From Planctomycetota bacterium (GTDB taxonomy: Bacteria; Planctomycetota; B15-G4): a stretch of 64,000 nt of DNA. Within the stretch, counting starts at the first letter, position 1. The number at the start of each line of letters is the position of its first letter. Below the pieces are notes generated by a model. It was not told the origin of the DNA and did not search any database. It was given only the letters and a program-made list of their open reading frames with translations. Positions 38,977 to 48,777 of the stretch are shown piece after piece. The position numbers were made by a program, and so were the translations under genes. The stretch is taken from the NCBI GenBank assembly GCA_965248575.1, contig CBDFJQ010000002.1, forward strand, positions 1,824,001 to 1,888,000, given 5' to 3'.

Positions 38977-40806
38977 CTAGAAGGACGCTTCCAGCAGCGC
39001 CCGAGTCTCGGCCTCCAGCGCCTCCGCCTCCGTTTGCAGGGCCTCCAGCTGGCTGCGTTGCTGCGAGACCCAGGCTGCGTCGGTGATCGAGGGCAGGTTG
39101 ATGCGCACGTTGTAGATAGCTCCCAGGACTCCTGCCCTCGCCAGCAGCGCCCCCACTCCTGCGTCCGTCACGGAGGCGGGAAGGCCCTTCTCCGCCATCA
39201 CCCGACAGAAGCGCAGGACCTCCAGGCAGAGCTCTGCCGTCCGGAGCGGCACGGCCGTCGCCTGCTTGTAGCCGTCCTGGATCGCTTGCAGCCGTACAGC
39301 CGCTTCGGCCTCCGTGCCCTTCGGCATGCGCATGGCCATCAGCACATCGTTGAAGGCAGCCGTGTCCTCGTCCACCGCCCGCATCAGGTCGTCCTTGTGC
39401 ACCTGCAGGGCCATGGCGGCCGCTTCCATCTCCTCGCGCAGCGCCTCCATCCCCTTCTTGGAATGGCTGAGGTTCGCCACCATGGAACCCAGCGCAGCGC
39501 CCAAGGACCCCACCAGGGCCGCGACGGATCCACCGCCCGGTGCTGGGGTCGAACGCGACACTTCGTCCGCAAAGTCATTCAGCTTCATGGACGCCAGGGC
39601 ACCGTCGGTGGTCGGCAGGCCGAGCACGGCCTTCTCGGCTTCGAAGGAGCCCACGTCCCGTAGCCCCATGGACTGGGCAGCCGTCTCCACGACGTCCGCA
39701 ACGGGAACGCCCCGACTCGCACCCTGCTGCGCCAGGTAGTACTCGCCGCTCTCCTTGATGGCCGCATAGGGCACCAGGCCCACGAGTTCGGAACCCGTGA
39801 CGGCCAGCCCTCGCGCGCGCGCCAACTCGCGACAACTCTCAAGCACAGCGTGCGCAGGCGTCAGCTTGAAATTGGTGAGATTGAGCGAGATCTGCGCCCG
39901 GTTGTACTCGGGGATCACCCAACCCACGCCGCGACACTCGCGGAAGCTGCCTCGCCGCATGACGTTGACGCCTTCGAGCGCAGAGGAGTCACGCCCGAAG
40001 AACTCCCATTCCTCTGCCATGTCCATGTCGTGAGCGGCGCGCGCGTGCTCCGTCAGCGTGGCTTCGTCCGTGGCGACCTCGCTGCAGTAGGCGCAGGGCC
40101 AGACGCCCTTGGACGGGTAGTACTTCTGGAGCGCTCCGCTGGCATAGAACGCATTCCCCTGCTCCCGGCGCACAGCCCGTCCGGTCTCCCGGACCTCCCC
40201 CGCGATGTCGTCGGCGTGCATCTTGTGCCTAGAATTCAGGTTCACGTTGTAGGCGATCAAGAACTCCCTCGCCCCCACCGTGACAACGCCCGCCTTGGCG
40301 TGGAACTCGGCCGGACCGAAGTCGGGCTTCCATTCCGGGTCCTTCATCTTGTCGGGCAGGGCTTCGTACTCCCCCGCGCGCACCTTGGCGAGCGACCGGC
40401 GCGACGGCAAGAGAGCCGCCTGGTCGTACATGTAGACCGGGATGCCGAGCTCGTCGCCGATGCGCTTGCCTACGACCCGAGCGATCTCCACGCACTCCTC
40501 CATGCTCACACCCGAGACTGGGACGAAGGGGCAGACGTCGGTGGCACCGTGACGGGCGTGGGTGCCTTGTTGGGTGCGCATGTCGAGCACTTCGGCGGCG
40601 CGAGCCACGGCGCGCACGGCCGCCTCGCCGATGTGCTCCGGCGAGCCCACCAGCGTCACGACGGTGCGGTTGGTCTCGGCACCCGGGTCCACGTCCAGGA
40701 TGCGCACCTCGGGCACCTCGCGCACCGCGTCCAGGATCTGCTCGATCTTCTGGAGATCGCGCCCCTCGGAAAAGTTGGGCACGCACTCAACCAGTCGTTC
40801 GCTCAT
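38977..40806 (-). CDS. ftcd: Bifunctional glutamate formimidoyltransferase / formimidoyl-THF cyclodeaminase with an internal insertion
   Basis: VECVPNFSEGR, GTHARHGATDVCPF, GAREFLIAYNVNL, AQISLNL, GSELVGL; cyclodeaminase motifs PAPGGGSVAA, DEDTAAF, NVRINL. Confidence 0.93.
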   Translation of the reverse strand: MSERLVECVPNFSEGRDLQKIEQILDAVREVPEVRILDVDPGAETNRTVVTLVGSPEHIGEAAVRAVARAAEVLDMRTQQGTHARHGATDVCPFVPVSGVSMEECVEIARVVGKRIGDELGIPVYMYDQAALLPSRRSLAKVRAGEYEALPDKMKDPEWKPDFGPAEFHAKAGVVTVGAREFLIAYNVNLNSRHKMHADDIAGEVRETGRAVRREQGNAFYASGALQKYYPSKGVWPCAYCSEVATDEATLTEHARAAHDMDMAEEWEFFGRDSSALEGVNVMRRGSFRECRGVGWVIPEYNRAQISLNLTNFKLTPAHAVLESCRELARARGLAVTGSELVGLVPYAAIKESGEYYLAQQGASRGVPVADVVETAAQSMGLRDVGSFEAEKAVLGLPTTDGALASMKLNDFADEVSRSTPAPGGGSVAALVGSLGAALGSMVANLSHSKKGMEALREEMEAAAMALQVHKDDLMRAVDEDTAAFNDVLMAMRMPKGTEAEAAVRLQAIQDGYKQATAVPLRTAELCLEVLRFCRVMAEKGLPASVTDAGVGALLARAGVLGAIYNVRINLPSITDAAWVSQQRSQLEALQTEAEALEAETRALLEASF

Positions 40807-40978
40807 CGTCGCCAGCACTCCGTGTTGCGCTCACAGGTTGGCTGCGGGACCCATCCGCACACCACCGTCGAGCCGCCGTTGGAAAACGGCGCAGTCTAGC
40901 GCTGGGGATCGCAAAGGTCCCGCTCGGAGTTCTGCTCGCCGAGGGCCGCGAAGCCGGGCTTTCGATCCGTGCTTCTGG

Positions 40979-42583
40979 TCAGGGCCTGAAGAACAGGATG
41001 AAGCCGTTCTTCAAGTTGAAGGGCACGAAGTCCTTGTAGATCGCAAACTGCCGCGTGGGCTTGGCCATCCAGCCGTCGTTGCCGGTGAGGATGGCGTCCG
41101 GGGGCGTCTCCTTCATCACCATCGGCAGCTCGCCATAGGCGTAGACGCCCAACTCCAGGCGTTCCTCCTTGGTCAGCAGGTGTCCCGTGCGGAATGAGAA
41201 GGGGCCCACGGCATGGAAGCCATAGATGCGACTGCCCCCTTCCAACGCGAAGATGGGTGCCTCACCGAACACGAGCCCGTCGCCGATACGGCGCCCGATC
41301 TGCTGGCCCACCTCGTGCACCTGCATGGGTGCCCAGCTTGCCGGCTCGCTCAGGATGTCGACGGAGACAAGTCGCGCACGGCCGGTGGCGAGGCTCACCC
41401 CAGCGGCACCGAGCAAGAGCAGCACAGCGGCCCAGCGACCGAGGCTCGAGGCAAACCGCCCACTCAGCGCATGCGCCGCTCCCAAGACCAGGAAGGGCAC
41501 CACCGCGACATAATACTGAGGCCAACCCGGCGAAGGTGCGAAGGCTCCTGCCAAGGCGAAGGGCACGCATAGGAACGCGCCAGCTGCCAGCGATGCACGC
41601 TCACCCCGACGCCGCCGTTGCCTGGCCATCCACACACCCAGGCCCACCACGCTGGCCAGCATGAGCACCGCATTGCCGGGCTTCTTGCTGATCTCCGACG
41701 CCAGGTACGACAGCTTGCTGGCCACGGTCATGGCGGTCGTCGTGCCCTCGGACGCATACCACTCGGTGTTCAGTTGCGGGTAGCCGAGGTTCCCGAAGAA
41801 GAAGTCCCCCGGCGCCATGGCCATCAGCACGAAGATGGGCAGCGACCCCAGCACCCCGCCGAGGGCCAACCAACCCACGCCCCGCCAACGGGCCGGCCCT
41901 GCTGTCTCCGCGACGGGCCCAGCGGCTCCCGTCCTCGAGGCGTTGGGGAGACACCACGCCAGCATGGCGAAGGGTAGGGCGAACGTCGCGTAGGACAGGC
42001 GGATACCCGTGGCCACGGCCAGGAAGACTCCAGCCAGCACGGCGTTGCGTCGGTCCCTCTCGGCGGCCCCCGGGCCAGCTGCGTCGTGCGTGCCCAGGTC
42101 ACTCCTGCAGAGCCGTAGCAAGGCCAAGGTGGCGAACAACACGCCCCCATCGTGGTTCCAGGTGAGGGCGTGCGCGTGCAGGAAGAAGGGGCTGAAAAAC
42201 AACAGGGCCGCCGCTGACCCCGCCAGCGCGCCGCGCACCCAGGGCCCGTGCACCCGCGCCGCGAACCACACGCTGTAGAAGACCGCCACGACCATCAGCC
42301 AACCAAACGCGACCGAAACGGCTCGCGCCCCCAACAGCAGGTGATCCGTGAACAGGAACACGCCGCCATAGAGGAACGCCAGATACGGCATGTGGAAGTA
42401 GGGGTAATCCACATACGGGAACAAGCCCCGTTGCGCCAGCAAGGCACCCGGCGCCACGAACTGGTGCTCGTCGTGGATCAGCTCGCGCCCCATGCCCTGG
42501 GCCAGGGAGACGGCCAGCAGATAGGCGAGCCCCAGGCCGGACAGGCAGAGCACGAGCACCGTCGTCAACCTGCGCCCGTTCAT
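40979..42583 (-). CDS. Multi-TM GT-C-type glycosyltransferase (ArnT/PMT-like)
   Basis: First TM followed by HDEHQF..., PYVDYPYFHMP, LLLGARA; about 12 TM; WPQYY. Confidence 0.7.
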   Translation of the reverse strand: MNGRRLTTVLVLCLSGLGLAYLLAVSLAQGMGRELIHDEHQFVAPGALLAQRGLFPYVDYPYFHMPYLAFLYGGVFLFTDHLLLGARAVSVAFGWLMVVAVFYSVWFAARVHGPWVRGALAGSAAALLFFSPFFLHAHALTWNHDGGVLFATLALLRLCRSDLGTHDAAGPGAAERDRRNAVLAGVFLAVATGIRLSYATFALPFAMLAWCLPNASRTGAAGPVAETAGPARWRGVGWLALGGVLGSLPIFVLMAMAPGDFFFGNLGYPQLNTEWYASEGTTTAMTVASKLSYLASEISKKPGNAVLMLASVVGLGVWMARQRRRRGERASLAAGAFLCVPFALAGAFAPSPGWPQYYVAVVPFLVLGAAHALSGRFASSLGRWAAVLLLLGAAGVSLATGRARLVSVDILSEPASWAPMQVHEVGQQIGRRIGDGLVFGEAPIFALEGGSRIYGFHAVGPFSFRTGHLLTKEERLELGVYAYGELPMVMKETPPDAILTGNDGWMAKPTRQFAIYKDFVPFNLKNGFILFFRP

Positions 42584-42591
42584 GCCCGTGC

Positions 42592-44340
42592 TCAGAGGCC
42601 ACCGCTTTCCGGGCCGCCTGCGCCCGCCTTGTCGGCGCAGACCTCCGAGATGCAGTCTGCTCCACGGCAGGACTGCTCGCTGCAGCGCCCGTCGACACAG
42701 CTCGTATGGGGGCAGCGATCTTGGGTGTCCGTGGCCGGGACCGCACCCGTCAGATCTTCCTCCACTCCACCGCTGATGTAGCCCAGGGCAATGAGTGCGT
42801 TGCGCATCTCGGGGTCCAGCTCGCTCTCAAACTCTGCTGAGGACTTGCCGACACCTGCAGGGTACTTGGCTTTCCAGACACGCAACTCGTGCAGCAGTTT
42901 CTGCACGACCTTCTTCACCTGGGGGCTGGGGTCCGTGGCCAGATTCACCTGTTCGTCGGGGTCCACACTCAGGTCGTAGAGCTCGATGGGCCCCTGACCC
43001 AAGGAGGCTTGGTCCTCGGCCGAACGCACGAGGATCAACTTCCACGGACCCTGGCGCACGCTCAGCTGCATGAGCCTGTTGGGGTCCTTGTCACTGCCCG
43101 ACTCCATGAACACATGGGCTGGTGCACGGGCACCGGCTTCCCCCCGAGCCAGGCCAGCGAGGCTCTGGCCTTCGAATGTCGACGGCAGCTCGAGGCCCAC
43201 CAGCTCGAGCACCGTGGACGGCACGTCGATCAGCCCCACGGGCTCTGACACCCTCAGTCCGGCGGCGAGCTGCTGGCCGTGCGCCATCACAAGCGGCACC
43301 CGAGCGCACTCCTGGTAGGGCTGGTCGCCGTGCTCGAAGTAGTAGTCGTGATCGCCGAGGGCCTCGCCGTGATCCGCGGTCACCACGATCAAGGTGTCGG
43401 CAGCCAGCCCGCGCTGCGCCAGCTGGGCGAACAGCCGCCCCAGTTGATCGTCTGTCGAACGAATCTCGCGGTCGTAGCGCGCCTCGTAGAAGCCCAGGTC
43501 ACTCACCGGGTCCGTTTGGCCCTTGAGCCGGTGGACGTGGGGCGACTTCAGGGCTTCCGGCGTCAGTTCCTGCACCGGGTACTGCCCGTCGAACAGCTTT
43601 CCGTAGCCCGGCGCCGGATCGTAGGGGCCGTGGGGATCCATGTAGTGCAGCCAAAGGAAGAACGGCTGCTCCGCTGGCGACTCGTCCAACCAGGCCAGAC
43701 CCCGGTCGGTGACTAGCTTGGCGTCGGTAGCCTGGATCAGGGAGCGCATGTCCTCCGCGCCAAAGAGCTGCATCAGCCGCTGCTTGGGGTCCCGGGAGAG
43801 TGCGGCCCCCGGTTGCATGAGCTGCCAGGCGTCCTCCCAGGCCTCGATGTAGGTCCCGAAACCCTTGCCGAAGCCGTACTCCGGAAGCAGGTTGTAGTTG
43901 GTCACCACACCGGCCGTGCGGTAGCCCGCGGCGCTGAACACCTCCGCCAGCGTCGGGAGTCCGTCGCGCATCTGGCGGCTGGCCAGGCGCACGCCCGTGG
44001 TGCGAGGGTTGGCGCCCGTGAGCATGGTGGCCACCGAGGGCCACGTCTTCGGGGTCGGGACGGTCACGTCCTCGAAGAGCACACCGCGCTGGGCCAAGGC
44101 GTCGATGGCGGGCGTGGTCGGAAGGCGATAGCCGTAAGAACTCAGGCGATCCGCACGCAAGGTGTCCAGGGAGATGAGCAACACGTTGGGCTTCGAGCGC
44201 TCGACGCCGGCCCCTGCTTCGCTGGCGTTCGTCGTCGGCTCGGCCTCACCGGGCTGGTCCGTGCACGCCACTCCACCCAGGCCCAGACCGCCCAGCAACA
44301 CACAGGCCGTCAGGCGCCATCGTGCGTTGCTGACGTTCAT
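42592..44340 (-). CDS. Sulfatase/alkaline-phosphatase-superfamily lipoprotein, Thr-type, with a Cys-rich C-terminal tail
   Basis: Lipobox GVAC; NVLLISLDTLRAD; PKTWPSVATMLTG; HYMDPHGPY; TADHGE; ELYDL..DPDEQ.NL; ALGYI. Confidence 0.85.
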   Translation of the reverse strand: MNVSNARWRLTACVLLGGLGLGGVACTDQPGEAEPTTNASEAGAGVERSKPNVLLISLDTLRADRLSSYGYRLPTTPAIDALAQRGVLFEDVTVPTPKTWPSVATMLTGANPRTTGVRLASRQMRDGLPTLAEVFSAAGYRTAGVVTNYNLLPEYGFGKGFGTYIEAWEDAWQLMQPGAALSRDPKQRLMQLFGAEDMRSLIQATDAKLVTDRGLAWLDESPAEQPFFLWLHYMDPHGPYDPAPGYGKLFDGQYPVQELTPEALKSPHVHRLKGQTDPVSDLGFYEARYDREIRSTDDQLGRLFAQLAQRGLAADTLIVVTADHGEALGDHDYYFEHGDQPYQECARVPLVMAHGQQLAAGLRVSEPVGLIDVPSTVLELVGLELPSTFEGQSLAGLARGEAGARAPAHVFMESGSDKDPNRLMQLSVRQGPWKLILVRSAEDQASLGQGPIELYDLSVDPDEQVNLATDPSPQVKKVVQKLLHELRVWKAKYPAGVGKSSAEFESELDPEMRNALIALGYISGGVEEDLTGAVPATDTQDRCPHTSCVDGRCSEQSCRGADCISEVCADKAGAGGPESGGL

Positions 44341-44464
44341 GCCTTCATCCCGGAAAAAGTCGGCGGGCAAGACGCGGGAAACACCGGCGTCCCCACGCGC
44401 GAAACTCTATCACAGGCCCTCACCACGCTCTTCGACCTGAGGTCGCCCGAGACTGGGGCCGAAG

Positions 44465-45253
44465 CTAGGGCTGATACTGCACCGAACGGAAGGGTTTGCC
44501 GTTGCGTTGCAGCTGCTCGTCCCGCAACGCATCGCTGACGAAGATCGCGTCGCCTTGGACCAACTGGCCGTCCGCAGCCCCCCAGCTGGAATAGATCTGG
44601 TAGAGGCTGAAGCCGCGCTGCGCCAGGAAGCTCCACAGGTCCGCCAGCAAGGGCGCCCCCTCGTAGTTGGGGTAGAAGTGCACCTCGGTCAGGATGCAGC
44701 TGACCGACTTGAGCAGCTCGCCGGCCCCGTGCAGGGCGTCGAGTTCTGCGCCCTGGATGTCGAGCTTGAGGAGATCCACCTCCCGGATGCCCGCGTCCTT
44801 GGCCCAGGTGTCCAGCCGCGTCACCTGCACCTCGGTCGTCTCCACATGCACCGCCTCCGGGCTGTGGTAGGCCGGCCCGGCCTGCGGACGATCCTTGAGG
44901 GAGCAGGCGCCGACCCAGCTGTTGAGGTGGAAGGGGCGCGCGGCTGTTTCTTTCCAAGCGCCGAGATTGATGGGCTGGATCGAATCCTGATCCCGCACCC
45001 GCTGCGTCAGCCGCCCGTAGGTTTCGGGGTTGGGCTCGAAGGCGTGAATAGTTGCTGCTGGCCAGATCTCCGCGAAGCGCTTGGCGTAGTCGCCATAGCA
45101 TGCGCCCACATCGAGGACTGTCTTGACGGGTTTCCCACCCAGCAGGCGCTCCAGGTCGGAAAACGCATCCAGGTCCGGAATCTCGCCTACGCGGCGAAGC
45201 AGCTTGCGGGCTAGGCGTCCGATGGCACTCATGGAGAGACAGAACTCCAACAC
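44465..45253 (-). CDS. FkbM family methyltransferase (start may be ATG 45232)
   Basis: VLDVGACYG, HAFEPNP, VTRLD, LLKLDIQGAE, YEGAPL, QGDAIF. Confidence 0.9.
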   Translation of the reverse strand: MLEFCLSMSAIGRLARKLLRRVGEIPDLDAFSDLERLLGGKPVKTVLDVGACYGDYAKRFAEIWPAATIHAFEPNPETYGRLTQRVRDQDSIQPINLGAWKETAARPFHLNSWVGACSLKDRPQAGPAYHSPEAVHVETTEVQVTRLDTWAKDAGIREVDLLKLDIQGAELDALHGAGELLKSVSCILTEVHFYPNYEGAPLLADLWSFLAQRGFSLYQIYSSWGAADGQLVQGDAIFVSDALRDEQLQRNGKPFRSVQYQP

Positions 45254-45468
45254 GATGTCGCCACACGAGATGCTTGAGTCAGCAATCCATCAGGAGCCCT
45301 CAGGCGGACCTCTCCCTTGGGAAAGGGCGCCTGTGGCGAAGTGCAACGGCCGGTAGACGGAACCGAGCGTGCCGCGGAAAGTCGTGGTGGCAAATCAGGG
45401 GGACCGCGAAAAAGAGGTGGGCACAGTCTACGCCATCCACCGATTGAGGCCAGCCCTCTCGGCGCCGG

Positions 45469-47202
45469 CTAGCTCACGGACGGTGCATTGGACACAGGGA
45501 GCGCCGGGGCGGCCCCCTTTTGTTTTGAGCCCTGACTCGTTTCTCCCTGGCTCTGAGGCCCACCAGGCCCCCGCCGCCCACCACTCTCCCCAGGCTGAAG
45601 AACCACCATGGGAATTTTCTTGGCCAGCCCCAGTGCCAACTTGATGCGCAGCCGGAAATAGAACGCAAACATGCGTGGGTAGCGCGCCCAGGTGATGTCG
45701 TAGACCTCCCGGGCCGGGGGAAAGGCGTGCAGGTGGTTCACGTTCTTGAGCACGCGCCAGGCCTTGATGAAGCGGGTGAGGTTGAAACGCCCGATCACCT
45801 TGTAGAGGCCGCTGCCGATCAAGAAGCGCGCCGTCCGGGGCCCGAACACGTTGCGCACATCGATGCGCCAGGCGTACGGCTTGGCGAAGTCGTTGTGGTA
45901 TCGGCGGATCGTCGAGATGTCACCGCGCTCGCTGTGCTCCCGGATGACGTCCGCTGTTTCCTGGGTGATTGTTCCCGCATCCACTGCCTGCTGAAGGATG
46001 TCGGCCCCGGCCCAGATGTCGAGCCAGTAGATGCTGACGCAGTCGGGCACGTGCTCCTGATAGAAGCTCTCGACCCGTGCCAGATCCTCCTCGGTCTCGC
46101 CGGGCAAGCCGAAGATCTGGTCCACGAACAAGCCGATCTCATGCTCACGCGCCAGGTCGATGGCCCGTGCGATTTGCGTCTCGCTGTTTGGGCGGCCGAG
46201 CATCTTGCGGATCTCGGGGTTCAGCGACTGCACACCCATCTGGATCTGGGCACACCCGATCTGCTTCAGGTAGACGATGGTGCGCTCGTTGATGTTGTTC
46301 GGAATGGCGAAGCACTTGAACGGGATGCGTTCGGAATCCGTCATGCGTTCCGCCAGCTCCTTGAGCCACGGTTCATCCGCACAGATGTCGTCGTCGTTGA
46401 CCCGCAGCAGCTTCGGGTCATAGGCCGCCTTGACCTCCCGCAGCTCCTGCAACACGCGATCCACAGACCGGCTGCGCAGGAAGTCCCGGGTGTACATGTA
46501 GTCGTCGCGGTCCGGGTAGTACATGCGGCGGTAGGCGTTGTTGCCACAGAAGGTGCAACCCCAGGGACAACCCCGACGCCACTCCACCATATGGGCCACC
46601 TCGAACGGCGAACCCAGCTGCGCGAACAATTCCTTGTCCGGTTCGGCATACCTGTCGAGGTCCTGCTCGTAGGGACGCAGGGGATTCTCGACCAGCGTGC
46701 CCTCGACCGCATCTCCGTTCCCGGTGGGCGCGGGCGCCTCCAGATATGCGAGGTTGGGAATGTCCAGATCGATCTGCCCCGCTTCGAGCGAGTCCACCAA
46801 GGCCACCAGCGAGTCCTCGGCTTCGCCCCGGACGATCCAGTCGTAGCGGCCGGTGCGCAACATCGGGCCGGGGCTCGTGGTGGCGTGGTAGCCCCCCGCC
46901 ACGATGGTGGCCTCTGGCAACAGGCGGCGCACCTCAGCGGCGTAGCTCTCGCACCAATCCGCGCTGGCCGTGAGCACCGAGAAGCCCACCACGTCCGGTT
47001 GGTACTGCTCGAGCTGACGCAGGATCCACGGCCGAAGGGAGGCCGCCGACGCGAGCCAACGGTTGTTGTACTCCTGCCGGAATCCGTCGAAGAGCCGGGG
47101 GTCGAAGAGCAAGGCTGTTTCGTGGCCCGCCCTCCTCAGGGCTGAGGACAGGTACTGGAGCCCCAGGCACTCGACTTCGTTGTAGAGGAACAGAACGCGC
47201 AT
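45469..47202 (-). CDS. Cobalamin-dependent radical SAM enzyme
   Basis: LGLQYLSS, PDVVGFS, GGYHAT, RGEAE (B12-binding domain); RGCPWGCTFC (CxxxCxxC); MGVQS; IFGLPGET. Confidence 0.92.
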   Translation of the reverse strand: MRVLFLYNEVECLGLQYLSSALRRAGHETALLFDPRLFDGFRQEYNNRWLASAASLRPWILRQLEQYQPDVVGFSVLTASADWCESYAAEVRRLLPEATIVAGGYHATTSPGPMLRTGRYDWIVRGEAEDSLVALVDSLEAGQIDLDIPNLAYLEAPAPTGNGDAVEGTLVENPLRPYEQDLDRYAEPDKELFAQLGSPFEVAHMVEWRRGCPWGCTFCGNNAYRRMYYPDRDDYMYTRDFLRSRSVDRVLQELREVKAAYDPKLLRVNDDDICADEPWLKELAERMTDSERIPFKCFAIPNNINERTIVYLKQIGCAQIQMGVQSLNPEIRKMLGRPNSETQIARAIDLAREHEIGLFVDQIFGLPGETEEDLARVESFYQEHVPDCVSIYWLDIWAGADILQQAVDAGTITQETADVIREHSERGDISTIRRYHNDFAKPYAWRIDVRNVFGPRTARFLIGSGLYKVIGRFNLTRFIKAWRVLKNVNHLHAFPPAREVYDITWARYPRMFAFYFRLRIKLALGLAKKIPMVVLQPGESGGRRGPGGPQSQGETSQGSKQKGAAPALPVSNAPSVS

Positions 47203-47333
47203 GAAACGGCGGGCAGGGAGGAGCGAGGAGGGGGAGAGAGGGTCGCTGCGAGACCGAGTGGGGAGTCTACCTCAAGCCGAAAGCCGAGCTCACCCGATAG
47301 GAGACAGCGTTGGATTCCTCGAGGCCCTCTCCC

Positions 47334-48011
47334 ATGAACACGAGCCCGATGACTCGACGCACGGTGGAGTTCGCGGCCGTAATCGGTGTCCTGATGATCA
47401 CCGTGGCCATCGTTGAGGTGCCCCGAACCCACATGCGCCCACCGGAAGCCGCACTGCTCGACTCCCAGAGCTGGCGCACGCTCCCCGAGAACCAGACGTC
47501 CTCCACCCTGCTCAGTCCGCAGCAAGTGAGTGTCGTGACCCTGGAGTCGGCAGACACCCTGGACCGGGCGTCGTTCTGGCACGGCCCCTTCTCGGCCGGC
47601 GAGTTGGACCAGATGACGGCACCCGGATCGCCCCCCGGACAGCGGCGGCTCGCTGAGTTGCAGAGAGACCTGGAACGCGGCGAGCGCATGCTCGGCGCCG
47701 AGCAGCAGTCTTTGGCGAAAGCCCGGGCCGATTCGGTGGGCGCACGCAATCGCCTTGCCCAGTTGGAGCAGGCCCTGCTCAGCAGCATGAGCCTACCGGG
47801 CTCCACCCCGGAGCAGATGCTCAGTCGGCACCAGCAGATCGAGCTGGAAACACGCGACGTCTTCGCGGCGACGCGAGCGCTGAATCAGCGCGAACAGCGG
47901 CTCAAGGACCTGCAGCAATCCGTTGCCGAGCAACGGGTCGAGAACCGTAGCAAGCTCTCGGAGTTCGATGCGCTCATCGCGCTCCGCAATGCGGCGCCAG
48001 ATCGGCCATGA
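47334..48011 (+). CDS. Hypothetical membrane-anchored coiled-coil protein
   Basis: One hydrophobic segment (FAAVIGVLMITVAIV) followed by heptad-like Q/E/R/L-rich helices; the 3' end overlaps TEII by 38 bp. Confidence 0.55.
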   Translation: MNTSPMTRRTVEFAAVIGVLMITVAIVEVPRTHMRPPEAALLDSQSWRTLPENQTSSTLLSPQQVSVVTLESADTLDRASFWHGPFSAGELDQMTAPGSPPGQRRLAELQRDLERGERMLGAEQQSLAKARADSVGARNRLAQLEQALLSSMSLPGSTPEQMLSRHQQIELETRDVFAATRALNQREQRLKDLQQSVAEQRVENRSKLSEFDALIALRNAAPDRP

Positions 48012-48741
48012 GCGAGTCGAGCAGCAGCTCGCGCGCCGAGTGAATGAAGAAGTGGTCGCCTGGCAGCGTCCTCAACCGGTAGCCCGCTCCGGCCCGCTCG
48101 CTCCAAAGCTTCAGCTTGGCGGCGTTGACCTGATCATCTTGCCCGCCCATGAACGCACTCACAGGTGAGTCGATCAGGGGATCGCTCTCCGGGCGGATGT
48201 AGCAATCGGACATCTGGAAGTCCGCGCGCAGCATCGGTAGGAACAGTCGCATGAGCTCAGCTTCACCGAGGACACGTTCCGGTGTGCCCCCCATCTTCTT
48301 CAGCTCCTCGAGCAGCTCTTCCTCCGGCATGGCGTAGAGCGGGTTGCTCGGCAGTGCGGAATGAGGCGCGCGTGCCGCCGAGACGAACAGGTGCAGCGGT
48401 CGCGCCCCCCCCGATTGCGCTAGGCGGCGCGTCAACTCGTAGGCTACGAACGCACCGAGGCTGTGCCCGAAGAAGGCGAAGGGCTGTTCCAGCTCCGGTC
48501 TCAAGACGGGTTCGAGATCATCCACCAGGGCGGACACCGACATGTAGGGCGGCTCACCAAAGCGCGCTTCCCGCCCCGGATACTGCACGGGCCGCAGCGC
48601 GATCTGAGGCGGCAAACGGCCCGGCCACTCCTTGAAGACGCTGGCGCCACCTCCCGCATGGGGAAAAGCGAACAACTGCACCTGAGCCTCCCGAGCGGGA
48701 GCCTCTCCTGGAAGCCAAAGCTGGACGGGGGCGGGACTCAC
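47974..48741 (-). CDS. Type II thioesterase (GrsT-like)
   Basis: FPHAGGGAS, QYPGRE, FFGHSLGA, LRADF, LPGDHFFI. Confidence 0.93.
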   Translation of the reverse strand: MSPAPVQLWLPGEAPAREAQVQLFAFPHAGGGASVFKEWPGRLPPQIALRPVQYPGREARFGEPPYMSVSALVDDLEPVLRPELEQPFAFFGHSLGAFVAYELTRRLAQSGGARPLHLFVSAARAPHSALPSNPLYAMPEEELLEELKKMGGTPERVLGEAELMRLFLPMLRADFQMSDCYIRPESDPLIDSPVSAFMGGQDDQVNAAKLKLWSERAGAGYRLRTLPGDHFFIHSARELLLDSLMADLAPHCGAR

Positions 48742-48777
48742 GGACGCGGGGCTCGCATGGGGCCTCAGTTCACTTGC

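Noticed and set aside
47349..47420. RRTVEFAAVIGVL resembling a TadE/Flp prepilin N-terminus
   Set aside because: No Gly at the cleavage position and no pilus genes nearby.
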